Shown piece after piece: positions 1-13,250 of a DNA stretch of 64,000 nt. Within the stretch, counting starts at the first letter, position 1. Every line of letters begins with the position of its first letter. The DNA lies in the NCBI GenBank assembly GCA_028534125.1, contig CM052818.1:10604001-10668000 (forward strand), written 5' to 3'. The notes beneath the pieces are model-generated. The model saw nothing but the letters and a program-made list of their open reading frames with translations, was not told where the DNA came from and ran no database searches. The stretch comes from Lama glama. Lineage: Eukaryota. Made by a program: the position numbers and the translations under genes.

Positions 1-1395
1 GCCAAAGGCTAATTAGAACTCAAGCTTGTCTGGAGGTGGGTGCCCAAGTGGAATAGTTGAAATCTATCTCAAAGATTTCTAGCCGGCAGCACAACATCCA
101 TATAGAACCCTGGAACTCCTGTCGTGGGAGATGGTGCTTTCTTTTCTTTCAATGACAGAAGAGACTTTAGTTGCAAGTTTCCCTAGAGGCTACTGGTAAA
201 CTTGCATTCATACCAAGGAATAAGCAGTTGATTAGTACAGCCTTGGTAAAGGGAGTAAACACCGAGTGGAGAGAGAAGGAGCTCTGGCTGCCCAACCAGA
301 CCAGTAAAAGGAAGGAGAGAGAAGTGGAATAGAGGAGGTCATAGGACAAGTAATCCTCTTCCTACACATCACAGTTTTGATGTGGGTTTGGCTCTGGCTC
401 TGAAAAAGTCTCAGTAAGGGTCAATGACAACAAAAACAGACGTGGTAATGGAGAAACACCCATCACCCCCACAGCACGTCCAGTGTAACTGAAGAAAGAA
501 ACCTAACTTCATTCCCTGCATTGGCCTGGGTACCCAGGGAGGAACATGCCCTGGCAGCATGGGATGCCAGGAGCCTGGGATTAGGGTCTGTGGCTCCTGC
601 ATTCCTGCTGGTTCCTCCTGTAAACACAGTATGTGGGTGTGCCTCCTCCTAATATACTGTCAGTCAGTGCTGGCTTCTGCACTGGGTTGGGGTAGAGCCT
701 CTGAGAGGAAGTGATCATTACCATTTCCTGTTCCATTGGCTGGGTGTGCGTGGGGACGGGGGAAGAGGCAGGAGGGGTGTGCCTGGTGCTAGGTTACTCT
801 AAGACTGCTTATTTAAATATATATATACAATATTAAGAGTTCAGGAACTGTGTGTACTCCAGAAAAGTAATAGTTTTTCTACAAGGGTAGGGTAGATTAC
901 ATTGATTTTTAAGGTATACTCATAGGGACCATAGATTCTGGGTTTTTGGAGTCTGTGTCAATTTTAAAGTTTCAAATTTTGTGTTTAATGATATAGGGGT
1001 GTGTGTGTGTGTGTATGTTTTGATGAAGTGTATGTTTCTAGTTATATAACTATTTTTTTCAAGAAAGTCACTTTTTAATAACAAGAACTGAGTGGTTTAA
1101 ATGTTGTAACTTGGAAAGCCTCTTTATAAAATGAATTCACAAACTAGGAAAAAAATTCTTTATTAGATCCCGAGTTCTAAATTATGACTTAGGAGATATG
1201 GTCACTAGAGATACGGATACTGCTCTTCTTTCTTGGGTCTAAATGCCTAGAAAATGAACGGCTTAAAAAGATAATTCCAGCCAAACTGGTTATTTGGCTG
1301 CTTGGAAAGACCAGATCCTACTCCACTCTTACTTGTATCCTATACAGAAAGCCCACCATAGTTTTACTCTTTTCTTTCATTTTGCTTTATGCTGG

Positions 1396-1520
1396 TTTTT
1401 TGGGGGGAGGGAGATGATTACATTTATTTATTTATTTATTTTAACGGAGGTACTGGGAATTGAACCCAGGACCTCGTGCATGCTAAGCACACACTCTACC
1501 ACTGAGCTGTACCCTCCCTC
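1396..1520 (-). mobile_element. tRNA-derived SINE resembling the camelid Vic-1 family
   Basis: Minus strand reads GGGAGGGTACAGCTCAGTGGTAGAG (A box) ... GGTTCAATTCC (B box) ... (TAAA)n ... CCCCCCAAAAAA. It is flanked by a near-perfect target-site duplication: TTGCTTTATGCTG (1382-1394) and TTGCTTTATGTTG (1521-1533). Confidence 0.85.
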
Positions 1521-1844
1521 TTGCTTTATGTTGTTTCACTTTGCTGAATTCAAACAAACTGATCTGTGCTTAAAACAAATGAGAGAAATACAGTTTGAAT
1601 TGTTCTGAGAAAAAAAAGTATCTATTTCCTCTTTTTTAAGAATTCTGTTAACTTGAACTTATATTATTGCACAGAAGCTGCAGTCCATGCAAATCTTCCT
1701 TGGAATCCTTAGAATTTTTCCAAATGTTATGCTTTCAAGAAATTGCTGGATCAGTTTGATCATCTCTGCCCCCAAAGAGGAAAAGCTCATTCAAATTGAT
1801 GATTTGACCAAGTTTTTATCTAAATTGGCCAATGGTCTTTAATC

Positions 1845-2160
1845 AGATTTCACCCTCTCAGAGAGGTCTTTACTGACCATCACATTTAAAATTGCATAAC
1901 AACTCCCCCCCGCACACATTTTCCTCCCCCTTTTCTGTGCTTTATTTGTCCTCAAGGGACGTACCACCATCTGACCTACTACATATTTTTATTATTGGTT
2001 TGTTATCTGTCTCCCATCGTGTCCAGCCACCTCCTTCACACATAATGGAAACTTAATGAAAGCAAGGATGTTGTCTCTTTTGTTCACTGAATCCCCAGGG
2101 CCTAGACCAGTGTCTGATACATAGTAGGCACCCAAAAAATATTTGTCAAATAAATGGAAT
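1845..2160 (+). mobile_element. L2 LINE 3' end
   Basis: Typical L2 tail: ...ttgttcactgaatccccagggcctagaccagtgtctgatacatagtaggcacccaaaaaatatttgtcaaataaatg. Confidence 0.8.
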
Positions 2161-2728
2161 AGATTGGATTTATTAAGTTGTTTTTTTTTGTTATGTAAGA
2201 AATTTAAATTTAATTGATTTTCTTTTTTGCTGTTTCTTCCAGCCTTTATCATTTTGGTCATTTCCTTTTCTGTGTCCTTGTTCTGTTGACAATTTATGTA
2301 ACACCAAAATGTGAGAGAAAGAAACAAACAAAAAAATCCATCATAAAAGAAATTTTGCCTCATGTAGACCAAGAAAACCGGCTATGTAGGCAAAATTTTC
2401 ACCTTCCAATTTGTGGTTGTTTTGACTTTGAGGACACCTCTTCTGCTGTATGCACTGTCATTTAGTCTTCATGGCTTCAAAGCACACAGATTTGATCATA
2501 GGATGCTTGACACATTCCCCAAAGTAAAAGAACTGGCGTGGGCAGCTCGAGGCCACCATCCTGGAGTGTTAAATCCTGAAGATTGAAAGTGCCGAACTCT
2601 ACGAAGCTTTCCTTCTTTTGACCCTCAGTGATAGAGATATAATTTCTATTATACATAACTACTGACCATCAACAGTCATTGAAAACCTAGCCACCATGTC
2701 TTATCCTTTTATTTCTGAGGATGGAGAT

Positions 2729-2832
2729 ACATATATATATATATATAAAATACGTCATGTGTTATATATGTAACATATAGCATGATTTATATACAGAAAT
2801 CATATATATATGCATAGAGAGAGAGCGAGAGA
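2729..2832. repeat. Degenerate (TA)n and (GA)n microsatellite
   Basis: atatatatat run, followed by TA-rich sequence and gagagagagcgagaga. Confidence 0.85.
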
Positions 2833-3049
2833 AAGGCAGGGAAGCAATGAAGGAAGAAATGATATGCTGAATAATGCTTGAATCAGTATAACTGAGCCCA
2901 GTTCCACTTTCTTGCTCTGGGCTGCTTTTAGTCCATGTGGAGAATCCATACCTCTTTACTTTCTACCCCTCTTTGGCTTTCTTCTGGATGAGGAAACATG
3001 CCCTACACCTGCTGGTGTGTTTTTATGAGATGTTTGGGATTTTCTGGGG

Positions 3050-4900
3050 CCTTCCCCAGAGGTGACTGTGTTTCGGTGGTGAGTGAGTAACGCAGAACAG
3101 TCCACGGGCTCGAACGCACTGAGTAATCACCGGGAATTCTTCGAAACAGTCTCAGGTTGGTGAAATTTTCCACCGAAAATAATAATAACAGTAACAATAG
3201 CAGCACCAGCAACAATAAACAAGAGATGCCCTGTACGCTTCCACCCAATTATTAGCTAATAATGCATAATTATGATTAATTCCGCTCTTTAAATGCAGAT
3301 TCTAAATAGCAATAACCGTTTATTTTATGTTTTCACATTATTTTGCTGCACGTCCTTTATGTCAATTATGTGTTTTCAGGCACATCTGATTGTGCTCTAC
3401 TGTGGTTTCGATGGTTTGGTAATTGTACATTAAAAAAAAATAACAACACGTGTTTAGTATAAAAATTAATTACGTTAAGCATTCCTACTAATTTTGCCAG
3501 GCAAAAAAAATGGCATCCCACAAATTTTCAGCATAAAGCGGGTGGCCAGCCCACTTAGGAGCTTTATGATCTGTGGCTGGGTTTTGCGAGTGAGCTCTGC
3601 GAAGGCAGTTTTCTCAGCGCTGGAGCCAGAATGCAGTGGACGGCGGCGTGCCCCTGCTCTGGTCCCTGTGTTCCCTTAAAATTCGTCTCTGGCCTCCATC
3701 TAATCAGCCGCTTCCCAATTACAATTAAAATAACAGCACTGAAAATACCATTTTGAAATGTCGCTGAAATCCAAATTGACAGAGCCTCTGCCAGCAAGCT
3801 GGACGGTCAGGGCTGTAGCTTCCTTCTTTTGGTTTGCTCCTGTTGATAAGAGGTTGATCCCTGCTAATAACGAAGAAAAACATTAGATATGCTGTAAAAA
3901 AAAAATCTACCCAGAAAATCCTTGGGACAAGGGGAGGGGGGGCGTTAGTGGAAGGAAGAAAAGAAAAGGAGGGGCAGAACCAGAAGGAACTGGATGAAAA
4001 AAGTCTGCTCAATATTGCAATCTTTCGGGAATATTTTCTTGTGAGGCATTACAAATATCTGATTCTTAAAGCAATTTTCTGCTTCTGTAACTCAAAATAG
4101 CGTTCCGTAAAGGGGAGGGGAGATGCAGCAATTAGTTGGCTTTATTTCTGAGGTTTTATTACTTTGATTCTTTCTGATTTAATCAGCCACGAACACAGCT
4201 ACCAGCAGACGGTGACTTTTCCCTGAAATGTGCTTCCTGCCCAGAACAGTGGCTTGTGATTGTAGGTTAATGTTAATGAAACATGAAAAGGCAGACCCTT
4301 TTTCAGGAAAATTTGTTATTAACAAATAAAGGCTTGGTAACATTTAGAATCACACTAGAAATCACACCATGGAAGATACGGCCGGAGCAGACTCCAGAGC
4401 CAGCCCGCCGTGCTCAAGTGATAAATTTGTTTACATCATTTAAAAGTTCTAACTCAGTACAGACGAGGTGACGTCCTACTTTTCACATTCATGTTCAATT
4501 CACAAACATAAAGAGACTCTGAGCCATTAGGAAGCTTTCATTTTGGCTGGGGAAGGATGAAATGATAGTGATAGTGGCTTTCATAGCAGAAAATAATTGT
4601 ATACTTTTCTTCTTATTATTTTTGGCAAGGCACGCACATTTCGGCTTTCCGGTGTATTACATCATTACATTGTATAATGCATCATAATGATAGAGTGAAT
4701 AGAGATGAAGAAATGCCAGCGTCTGCTGCAAGTTAAGAGAGAGAGACATTGCATGCATTTTCAGCTGGGGAGGCTGCTGTTCAGCGAAGTGTTCTCTGAG
4801 ATGAAACAAAGCTGCCTTCCCACTTGGCATTCACATTAATTGTGGACTTGCCAACAGGCCAGTTTCATTGGTGTATAAATTAGTGGGGAATAATTCCACT
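3050..4900. promoter_or_regulatory. Repeat-poor, CpG-elevated candidate enhancer or promoter block
   Basis: No recognisable TE. There are 8 CpGs in 3061-3180, a dense TAAT/ATTA cluster at 3245-3285, and TTTATG motifs. Function is inferred. Confidence 0.45.
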
Positions 4901-6194
4901 TGTCTCAAAAACCAGAATATCTGAGGAATGCTTCCTGAGATGGTGACTTACTTGTTTTCCTGTGGTTTGCACCCAGCTCCCAGCAAGCCTCCAGGATCTG
5001 CTGAACACAAATAATGCCCTGTGTTTTGCCGTGGCATACCTGTGTGAGAGGTAATGGCTGTCCTAAGGACAGAGAGAAGTCTTCTTGTTTTTAGCAGCAT
5101 AGTTTTTAGATGTATTCAAATAAATCATTTCTCAAATCCTCATTATTGAAAAATGGAAATCCATTGACATCTCCTGAGAGGAAATTTGAACATGCCGATT
5201 GTTATTAATAATAATACTAGTAAATGCTGATTGAAAGTCGATCACAGTCTAAAAGCTGCCAATCAGGATGTGTCAGTGGGATGCTAAGATGACTAGTGAC
5301 AAAGGAAAAAAAAATTTAGTCAGTTCATTTATTTGTTATATTTGTTTGCCATTGTCATGCAAAATAAATGCTTCTCAATGACTAAAATATATTGTTTTAA
5401 TAATACAGATTTAGGCGAATCTATTTGATGCTGTCTCCTAAAAAGTCTTGTATTTCTTAGTTCTATAACAGACAGTTCTAGTGATGACAAATACATTGGT
5501 CCAGGGCTTTTGATGTGCCTCTAGTCTTTTGCAGTTCAAATGAACTGAATCTTAAACATTTACTTTTGATTCCATAATTATGAGCATATTGTGTGCTTTG
5601 TATTGTGTTGGCACCAGAGATGTAATGGTGAACAGACTTGGATCCTCTCTTCTTGGAGCTAAGGGTCTAGACGACTTTACCTCAGAACAACTTGAAGATC
5701 CTGGCCATACCTGAGTTTGCACACTTGTATCAAATTATTCTAATAGTCACTTTTAGTTGGTCCAGTTGGCCTTGAACTTATTGGGAAAGGCTATGGTGGT
5801 CTTAATATTTATTCTGTCACCTTAAGCCTTAGAAGGAAAGAAAAAAAAATGCATTAAACCAATTAGAGACAAAGTGCATGGACATTTCCATTGTCACCTT
5901 TTTATTTGGGCATTAAGGAGACCCAGATTTTCTATCCTAGACAGCAGAATATTTTGGATTTTTACTAGTCATGCAGTGCAAAACTTAGATAACCCAATAA
6001 AACAGGTGTATTTACTTATTGAGAAAATCCAAATTCCAGAGTTAGTAAGTGAGTTAGAGAGCTAGTTAATCAATCTGTTACTTGGCTGTCTGACTATGTT
6101 TAACCTGTACCCACACTCACTTCAGGTGCCACGTGCTTTACACGTTGCAAAATATTTTTGAACACAGTACCTTGTTTGCTTCACGGTGAGGATC

Positions 6195-6400
6195 ATGGGC
6201 TTTGGAGTCACCTAGATGAATAGGTGTGGGTTCGAAGGGTGGCTCTGCCATATACTTACTAAGTGACCTTAAATTCTATCAGCTGCAATTCCGTCTTTGC
6301 AAAATAAGGATAATGGCTCTTTCACAGGCTTGCTATGAGAGTCGATGAGATGAGGTAATTCATTAAACTAGCTGATAGGAAACAATAAACGGTAGCTATT
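6195..6400 (+). mobile_element. MIR SINE
   Basis: gggctttggagtca...ggctctgcca...acttactaagtgacct...gcaaaataaggataat...ggtagctattac. Confidence 0.7.
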
Positions 6401-6619
6401 ACTTTTGTTGTTTTTTTAATAAATACTTTCTAATTCTTATTACAACTTTATGAAGCAGCCCACTAATGGTCCTGTGAAATCCTCCTGTTCATTTTCATCT
6501 CTATGTGGCTCTACAGTCAGACTCCCTCTCCTGGGATTCCGGGAAACTTCCCTCTTCTTCAGTTAGGTTTTTCCTATCCATTCCTTAGGGCCCAGTTATC
6601 GGTCTTTTCCCTAACTTTA

Positions 6620-7000
6620 GCACTTGAGTTCAATACGTTGCTCCACAAATATTTTTTCATCCTCACGGCATGCAGGTCACTGTGTTAAGTGCTGCAGATA
6701 CAGTGGGGAGAGTGGGAGAGAGTACGGCCCCTGCCACCAGGGAGCTTATGTTCTATCAGAGGAAGCAGCCTTTCAGCAAATATTGCAGATAGGTGTTTAC
6801 TTCTGGTTGGATGAAGTGCTTACAAGGTGAAGTACAGGATGTTAAGAATCCCCCTGGGCATTGACATAGTCTGGGGTTGGAAAGATTTCCTTGAGGAAGG
6901 GGGATTGGGTTGAGATCTAAAAGATGATGAGGGTCAGGCAAGGTGGGGAGAGAATCTAGCATGTTTTCTGCCTGCTTAAAGACTTGAGGAGAATGCAGCC
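6620..7000 (-). mobile_element. L2 fragment
   Basis: caaatatttt...ggtcactgtgttaagtgctgcagatacag...gcccctgccaccagggagcttatgttcta, an antisense L2 3' end. Confidence 0.65.
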
Positions 7001-9254
7001 TGCCTTCTAGGGCCTTCTGACTTAGGGGAGTACCTTCCCTGACCACCCTAGTAAACAGTGCCCTGCTTTATCTTGGCAGCCCAGGAGGTCTTACTGCTGA
7101 AATTATTTATTTGACTTCTTTCCAAATATGCCTTGTTCATCCATTCATTCATTTATTTGACAAACATTTAAAGAATAGCTAGGGAGATACCAAGTATAGA
7201 AATGTCCATGCTTTACATGAGTTTATATAACCAACTATCTCTAAGGTATATTTTTATACCTCTAGAGCTGGTCTTGTTTACTGCACCATAGTCCTGACTA
7301 CAGGAGACATGTCTTTTATCACTTTCTGTCCCATTCAGTAGCACGCGTACAGTAGGCACCCAATAGATGTCAGTGATCCCATGGTGACCTCTGGGCTGAT
7401 CTCTCATGTGGCTGTTATCTGCCCCACTTTTTTAAATCCCTGGCAACATCCTGTGATGTTGAATGTTTCTAGTCTAACAAAAAACATAATTAGGAAGGTA
7501 AATCTGCTGAAGCTGAAACAAATCATTTAATTCATTCCACAAGCCAAATGGAAAATGATTTTGAGATTATCCACCGTATTGGGTTATCTGCTTTACTGCT
7601 CCGTACCATTAGCTCAGGCAGTTGGGAATTGCTTGCAATTCATAGAGAAGCAGATTGTGTTTGGTTTGCATTGGCCGTGTACCCTCCTCTGAAGTGGCTG
7701 CAAGTCCTCTCCAATTCAGCTAAGGCAGCCAGTCAGGGCGGCCAATAAGCCAAGTAGGTTTCTCCCATGTTGGTGCTTCTGTGTAGAGTGCTTGGGTGCA
7801 CACATGCATGTGTGTCTTCCTGCACTCCAGTTCCCCATCAACAGAAGGTGGTACCTGGTAGGCATTTAGTCATCTGAGTTTCTGGATAACATGTGGCTTC
7901 CTGTTAACCTTTCATTTTAGGGGTAAAAGTGACCTGATACTGCCTTATCCAGAGTCATTTTTCTTTTACAAGAGGTGGATGCTGCCTCTGTTTCTAAGAG
8001 GTTTTGGAAAGGCATCCTGACCATGTCGAAGCTCCCTAGCCCTTGGGAGAGGTTGGAGTGCTGAGCATCTTAGCAGATAAATCCATTCATTGGCTTAAAC
8101 ATAGTTTCACACTGTTCTGAGGTCTCTTCCTGCTTCTCTGCCTTTTGAAAGCCACCAGTCTAATATGGCAGAGTAGGCTAGCACCATCATGAGACACTTA
8201 TCTCAAGCTTAGAGGAAACCTATCCTTAGACCAACTTGTTTATTCAAGGACAACATTGAAAGAGAACAGCTGATTAAGGTTGTACTGTGAAAGGTACAGT
8301 TTTAGGTGTACACTTCTAAGGTGACTGATGCCCAATGCTGCAGTTTTAAAGAGGGTTCAAATGTCTCTTTGCAAATCCTGGGAGTGAGCCCTGCAATTGA
8401 TTGACAGCAAAGAAGATAGGGACCTCATAGATGTAAAGAAGCAGATAGATAATTATCAGATACAGAAAGCACTGGTTTTCTTTGTGGACTTGCTCCCTTG
8501 CTCCCTGGGTGGCTAGGGAGTTACTCAGATAGGCTTCCGAGTTTTTCTTCATCACCTTTGTTCATTGAATCTGGGGCCCTTCCCATACTTTGGAGCTGTG
8601 AAGAGTGGCAGTGACACTGGAGCTTTGCAGACCAGGATGCTCCTATATGCCAAATGGGCCATTCTGGCAAGGCTCCTGTGAGGCCAAGAGAGGCAGACCC
8701 AGGCATTGGCAGGTGTCATGCTTTATTAGGAAGGCTGCTTATACGTTTGGCTCCATGTCCTCATAATGTAGGAAGGTTGAAGTCTTGGGGGAAATAAGTT
8801 AATAAAAAGAAAACACCTGACGTAAAGCAGTTTACTTAACTAGATTAGGCAATTTGTTAATATCACAGTACAAACGATGCTTTTTTAATGCTAACCCAGT
8901 TAGAATAAAGACAACCGAGAGTGTTTCATAAAAAGTATCATAATTTTGTATCAAAAATATTGTCATGTAAATAGCGGATGGTTCCTTCTACATTAGCATA
9001 AGAAAGGCCGTAGACCTGTAAATCTAGCATGATGGTGAGGTGACACTCCATGATGCAGACTTTCGCCTCGACTATTTGCTCAGGGAGAATTCCCAAGCTA
9101 CTGAAATAGAGGCAAGATCTTAAATCTCTAACTGCACGAAATAACACTAGCTGATGTGAAGTGTGATAGCAGTTCACCCTGCATCTCCCTCCTAAGTGTG
9201 TGCTCGTTCCCTCTGCTTCTACCTGCAAGTTGGCTAAAAAGATCAACTGGGGCA

Positions 9255-9529
9255 TGGTTCGTACGTGACAGCCAGTATGAAGCCAGGACTCTGGCCACAA
9301 GGAACTGAATGCTGCCAACTACCACGTGAGCTTGGAAGAGGACCCTGAGCCCCAGAAAGGAACATGGCCCCAACCAGCACTGACTGCAGCCTTGTGAGCC
9401 CCTGAGTAGAGAGCCTGGCTAAGCCGTGTCCAGACCCCCCAACTTATGAAATCCTGAGATAATTAATGTGTGCCATTTTAGGTTACTGAATTGTGGTGGT
9501 TTGTTACACAGCAATAGAAATCCAATACA
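9255..9529 (+). mobile_element. MaLR LTR (MLT1D-like), 3' part
   Basis: cacaaggaactgaatgctgccaactaccacgtgagcttggaagagg...tgcagccttgtgag...tttgttacacagcaatagaaatccaataca, the MLT1 3' terminus. Confidence 0.85.
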
Positions 9530-10507
9530 ATTATTCCCTTCATAAAATATTCCATTATAAAACTTTCAGATAGCAAAGTCACTGGATACTCTTATAGGAG
9601 TCAATGTTGTTGACACACAACTTCTGGAATGTAAGCATTACAATATAGAGTGAGGTACGCCTCTATTCTTGTTGCCACCCACTGCTTCCACCTCCAAGGA
9701 GGAGCCCCATCACTGCACCTGTGAAACACTCGCCTGTCCCAAGGTGCCCCTGCTGTTGTCCAAGTAGGGGTCATTAGTTCTGAAGGCCTAGGGGGAAAGT
9801 GACAAGTCTCTTTCCCCTAGTAATGGCCCTAACCCTCCTGGAATGGCCCCCAAAGCCCTGTATTGAGAATCCACAGGGTGATCCAGGCAGACTTTCATGC
9901 CTGTACTTTTCTGTTTTGCCCCAGGGAAAATCTGGCCAACTATATATTCATTGATATTTTCCCCATTATTTATTACCTAGACAGAATAGCATGATTAATT
10001 ATTGATCATAGACCAGTAACTGATTAAAGTGTGGTTCTGATCAGCAGTCAAAAGTCATTTGTTTCCAGCATTTGTAGTTCCTGCATAGAAAGTGGCAAAA
10101 CAATACTCTCCTTTCAGTGCATAAAATATGACACCTGTAGGCAGACTGTAGCTATAAGCCAGCAACAGAGCACTTCAACTGTGCTTTGTCTTAATAAATG
10201 GGAAATAATGATTTGCCAAAAGAGAGAAACTGTTGGGAAGATTTACACATAGAGAATGTGATGTGAAGATAATAGGAGGATTCTAATTGGAATTGTTTCT
10301 CATGGTCTAAATGCTTTGCTGAAGAGAAACTCACTAGGAATAGCTCTTTACCATCTGGGAAGCATATCAAATATTGTTTCATTCTTACTTTGTTTCTGGG
10401 CTCATTCTACCTCTCTACCTCTTCAATCTCTCCTTCTCTCCCTCTCTCCCTTCCTTTCCTTTTCCCTTCCTCTTTCTCTGCCTCCCTCCCTTCTGTACGT
10501 TTTTCAT

Positions 10508-10729
10508 CAGGATGTGGCAGACTGTAGCCTGAGGGTCAAATCTAGCCCACCACCTTTTGTTTTGTAAATAAAGGTGTGGAGCACAACCAGGCTCCCTCAT
10601 TTTCATACTGTCTATAGGTGCTTTTGCACTGGAATAGCAGCTGCACAGTGACACAGAGACCACATTGTCTACAAAGCCTAAAATGTTTACTGTCTGGCCC
10701 TTGACAGAAGAAAGTATGCTGACCCTTAT
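10508..10729 (+). mobile_element. MER58A (hAT-Charlie MITE) inserted in an L2 tail
   Basis: tttgtaaataaag...caaagcctaaaatgtttactgtctggcccttgacagaagaaagtatgctgaccc matches the MER58A layout over ~220 bp. Confidence 0.85.
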
Positions 10730-12084
10730 GCTGTGTGCCAAGCACTGGGGACATGGTCACAAGTAAGACACTGTCCCTTCCTTCAGTGGCTTCAGAATTA
10801 TTGTGAGAATTTGATTATACCATGTTGTAGAGGGGAGGATGAGGGGCATCTGGATGAATTACTGTGGGAACCAGGGGACAAGCATTATGTTTTTATGAAG
10901 TAGGGTAGATGATGGCATCTCACTGAGGTAATATTTGAGTAGGGAGTTTCCTAGCTGTCTAAAAGTGGAGGAAAAGGATCAGGACTTGAATCCCGTCTCT
11001 CAGTGTCTTATTTTAGCCCCCACAAAATACCCAATCCAAAGTTACAGTTTCTTCTTTGGAGGACACACTATTTTTTCTGGCCAGTTATTACTGAGTTATT
11101 GCTCAATCTTCTGCTTAGGAACGTTTCCAGACATGGGTGGCTTTGTGGAATCTGATTTTTCTCTTGGATGTTGGAACCTCCTGCATTGGTGAAGCATCAA
11201 GCTCCCGACAGCCGGGAGTAGCAGGAGAGCTTCATTGACCAAACTGTCTCGGACCTCCAGGGCTGCTTACAGACCCTACTGCTTTTGTATTGAAAAAAAT
11301 ACAAGAACACGTCTCTGTTGCTCTGATAATTGCAAAGAGAGTTAGTTGGCACCAAATGAAGAGGACACTCTTACAAGCTCACAGACAGAAGTAATCTTAG
11401 GGTTTCCAGCAGTATTTGCTATTAGAGAGAGGTATCCCTGAAGTTTTGGCTCTCCCTACTGCCCCTCTTGGGAAGCTAAGTTCATTCCAGAGGCAAACAT
11501 ATTATTATTTTTTCTTCTCTCTTCTAAAAAAGTGTTCAAAGTCAGAGTGGGTAGTTCATTTCAAGAACCTAGTTACAGTCCATGTAGGATAATTTCCAGG
11601 TCAGGAAAAGACAAAAAATTAAAGTAAAGACCAGAAGCCAAGTTTGAATTTATGCATTCTGTTTTCATCAGAGCAGTAAGTAGAACTGGTGCCAGTTTGC
11701 TTTCTAGAAAAAAAAAAAAAAAGGAAATAGTAGAAGAATGTTAGAAATCATTTGAAAATGAGTTTTTTAAAAAATTGGGCAGCAAACCTTTGCCAGAAAT
11801 GAAAATAAAACCTACAAAATAGGTGAAACCATCAGATGTAATCTTCCAGTTATTAAGATATCAATTCTTGTGTGAGAGGATTTTAATCCAAAATTTCCAA
11901 GGCAAAAGAAACTTCCCTTTATTGAATGTGGAGTGAATGACAGTTAAGTGACCTGGCTCATTCTGGCTTTTAGGCTTATCTCTAAGACTCTGGAATCTCC
12001 TCCCTGGAGATGTTAGGTCCTCTAATCCAGAAACTCTAGATTCTTCTAGCATAACTAGGAAAGGTAATGTTGTCAGGTTATGAG

Positions 12085-12330
12085 CCTAGAAACTGAGCTA
12101 GCCAAACTTGTGCTTGAATCCCTCTTCTCCATTCCTTAGCCTGTGGCCTTGTCAAGTCACCTAACTTCTCTACACCCTGGTTTCTCCATCTGTAAAATGG
12201 GGATAGTAATAGTGATGTCAAATTTTCATGAAGTTCTATATATTCTATATATATATATATATATATATAGCAGTTAGTACCATGCCCGATACATAGCAGG
12301 TGATGAATAAACCATAACTATTTTCATTTT
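12085..12330 (+). mobile_element. MIR SINE with an internal (TA)n
   Basis: tgaatccc...ggccttgtcaagtcacctaacttctc...tttctccatctgtaaaatggggatagtaatag, with (TA)n at ~12247-12268. Confidence 0.8.
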
Positions 12331-12557
12331 TAGTTTAATGTTACAGTAATTTGATTTCCTAGAAGATTTGAGGATATTAGAGGATGACTTGGACTTCCAA
12401 GTCCACACTTTTGCCTACACACATTTTGAATGTGCTCACCAAGTCAATTAAAATCAGAATGGTACTTACTGAGCAATTTATGAGTACACATTTCTGAATG
12501 TCTGTTTGAAGAACAGGCAACAGAGAAGACAATAGAATCTTTAGGAGGCAAGTCTAT

Positions 12558-13250
12558 CTATTCAACATCCATTGAATATGCATTATATGTTAGACACTGG
12601 GCAATGGCTTGGGAGACAAAGATAAATAAATACTGTTCTTGGCTCAAGATTTTATAGTCTAGTTGCTCTATGGACACATTAAGAGAAGATTATAATTCTG
12701 TGTGAAAAGTGCCATCGTGGAGTCTGTGGGATTCGGATGGCAGCAAGGGGACAAGAATGGCCCCAGAGAAGAAGCTTTTGAGCTAAAATTGAAAGGAGCA
12801 GGTGTTTTTCGAGCAGGCAGGTGAGAGGAGGACATGCCAGGAAGAAGGAACCATTGCAGAGACGCTGTAGTAGTTCAACACTGCTGAAGCATAAAGCGTA
12901 TGTAGGAGATAGTGGAGGGAGATGCAGCTGAAATGGTTGGCTGAGCCCTGTATGCCCCCAAAAGGCATTCTGTTTTATTCCTGTAGGTGATAGGAGCCAG
13001 GGAGAAATTTTGAGCAGATGAGTCACATGATCCAATATGCTTGTTAGAAGGTTAATCTGGTTGGCAATATGTAGGACTAACTGGAGGCAGGGAGTCAGGG
13101 AGATAGATGGGTTAGGATGTATTCAGAGTACCCAGGCAGGAGACGATGATGTTCTGACCCAGGGTTGTGGCAGTAAAGAAGAAGAGGAGGAAAGGCACAT
13201 GAGTGATGCTGAGGAGGTAGGAACTGACACCTATTGATTATTATTTGAGT
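12558..13250 (-). mobile_element. L2 fragment
   Basis: Antisense L2: ttttattcctgtaggtgataggagccagggagaaattttgagcagatgagtcacatgatcc. Confidence 0.75.

Noticed and set aside
1440..1520. tRNA-like sequence with A and B boxes
   Set aside because: It has a SINE tail and a target-site duplication, so it is a tRNA-derived SINE rather than a tRNA gene.
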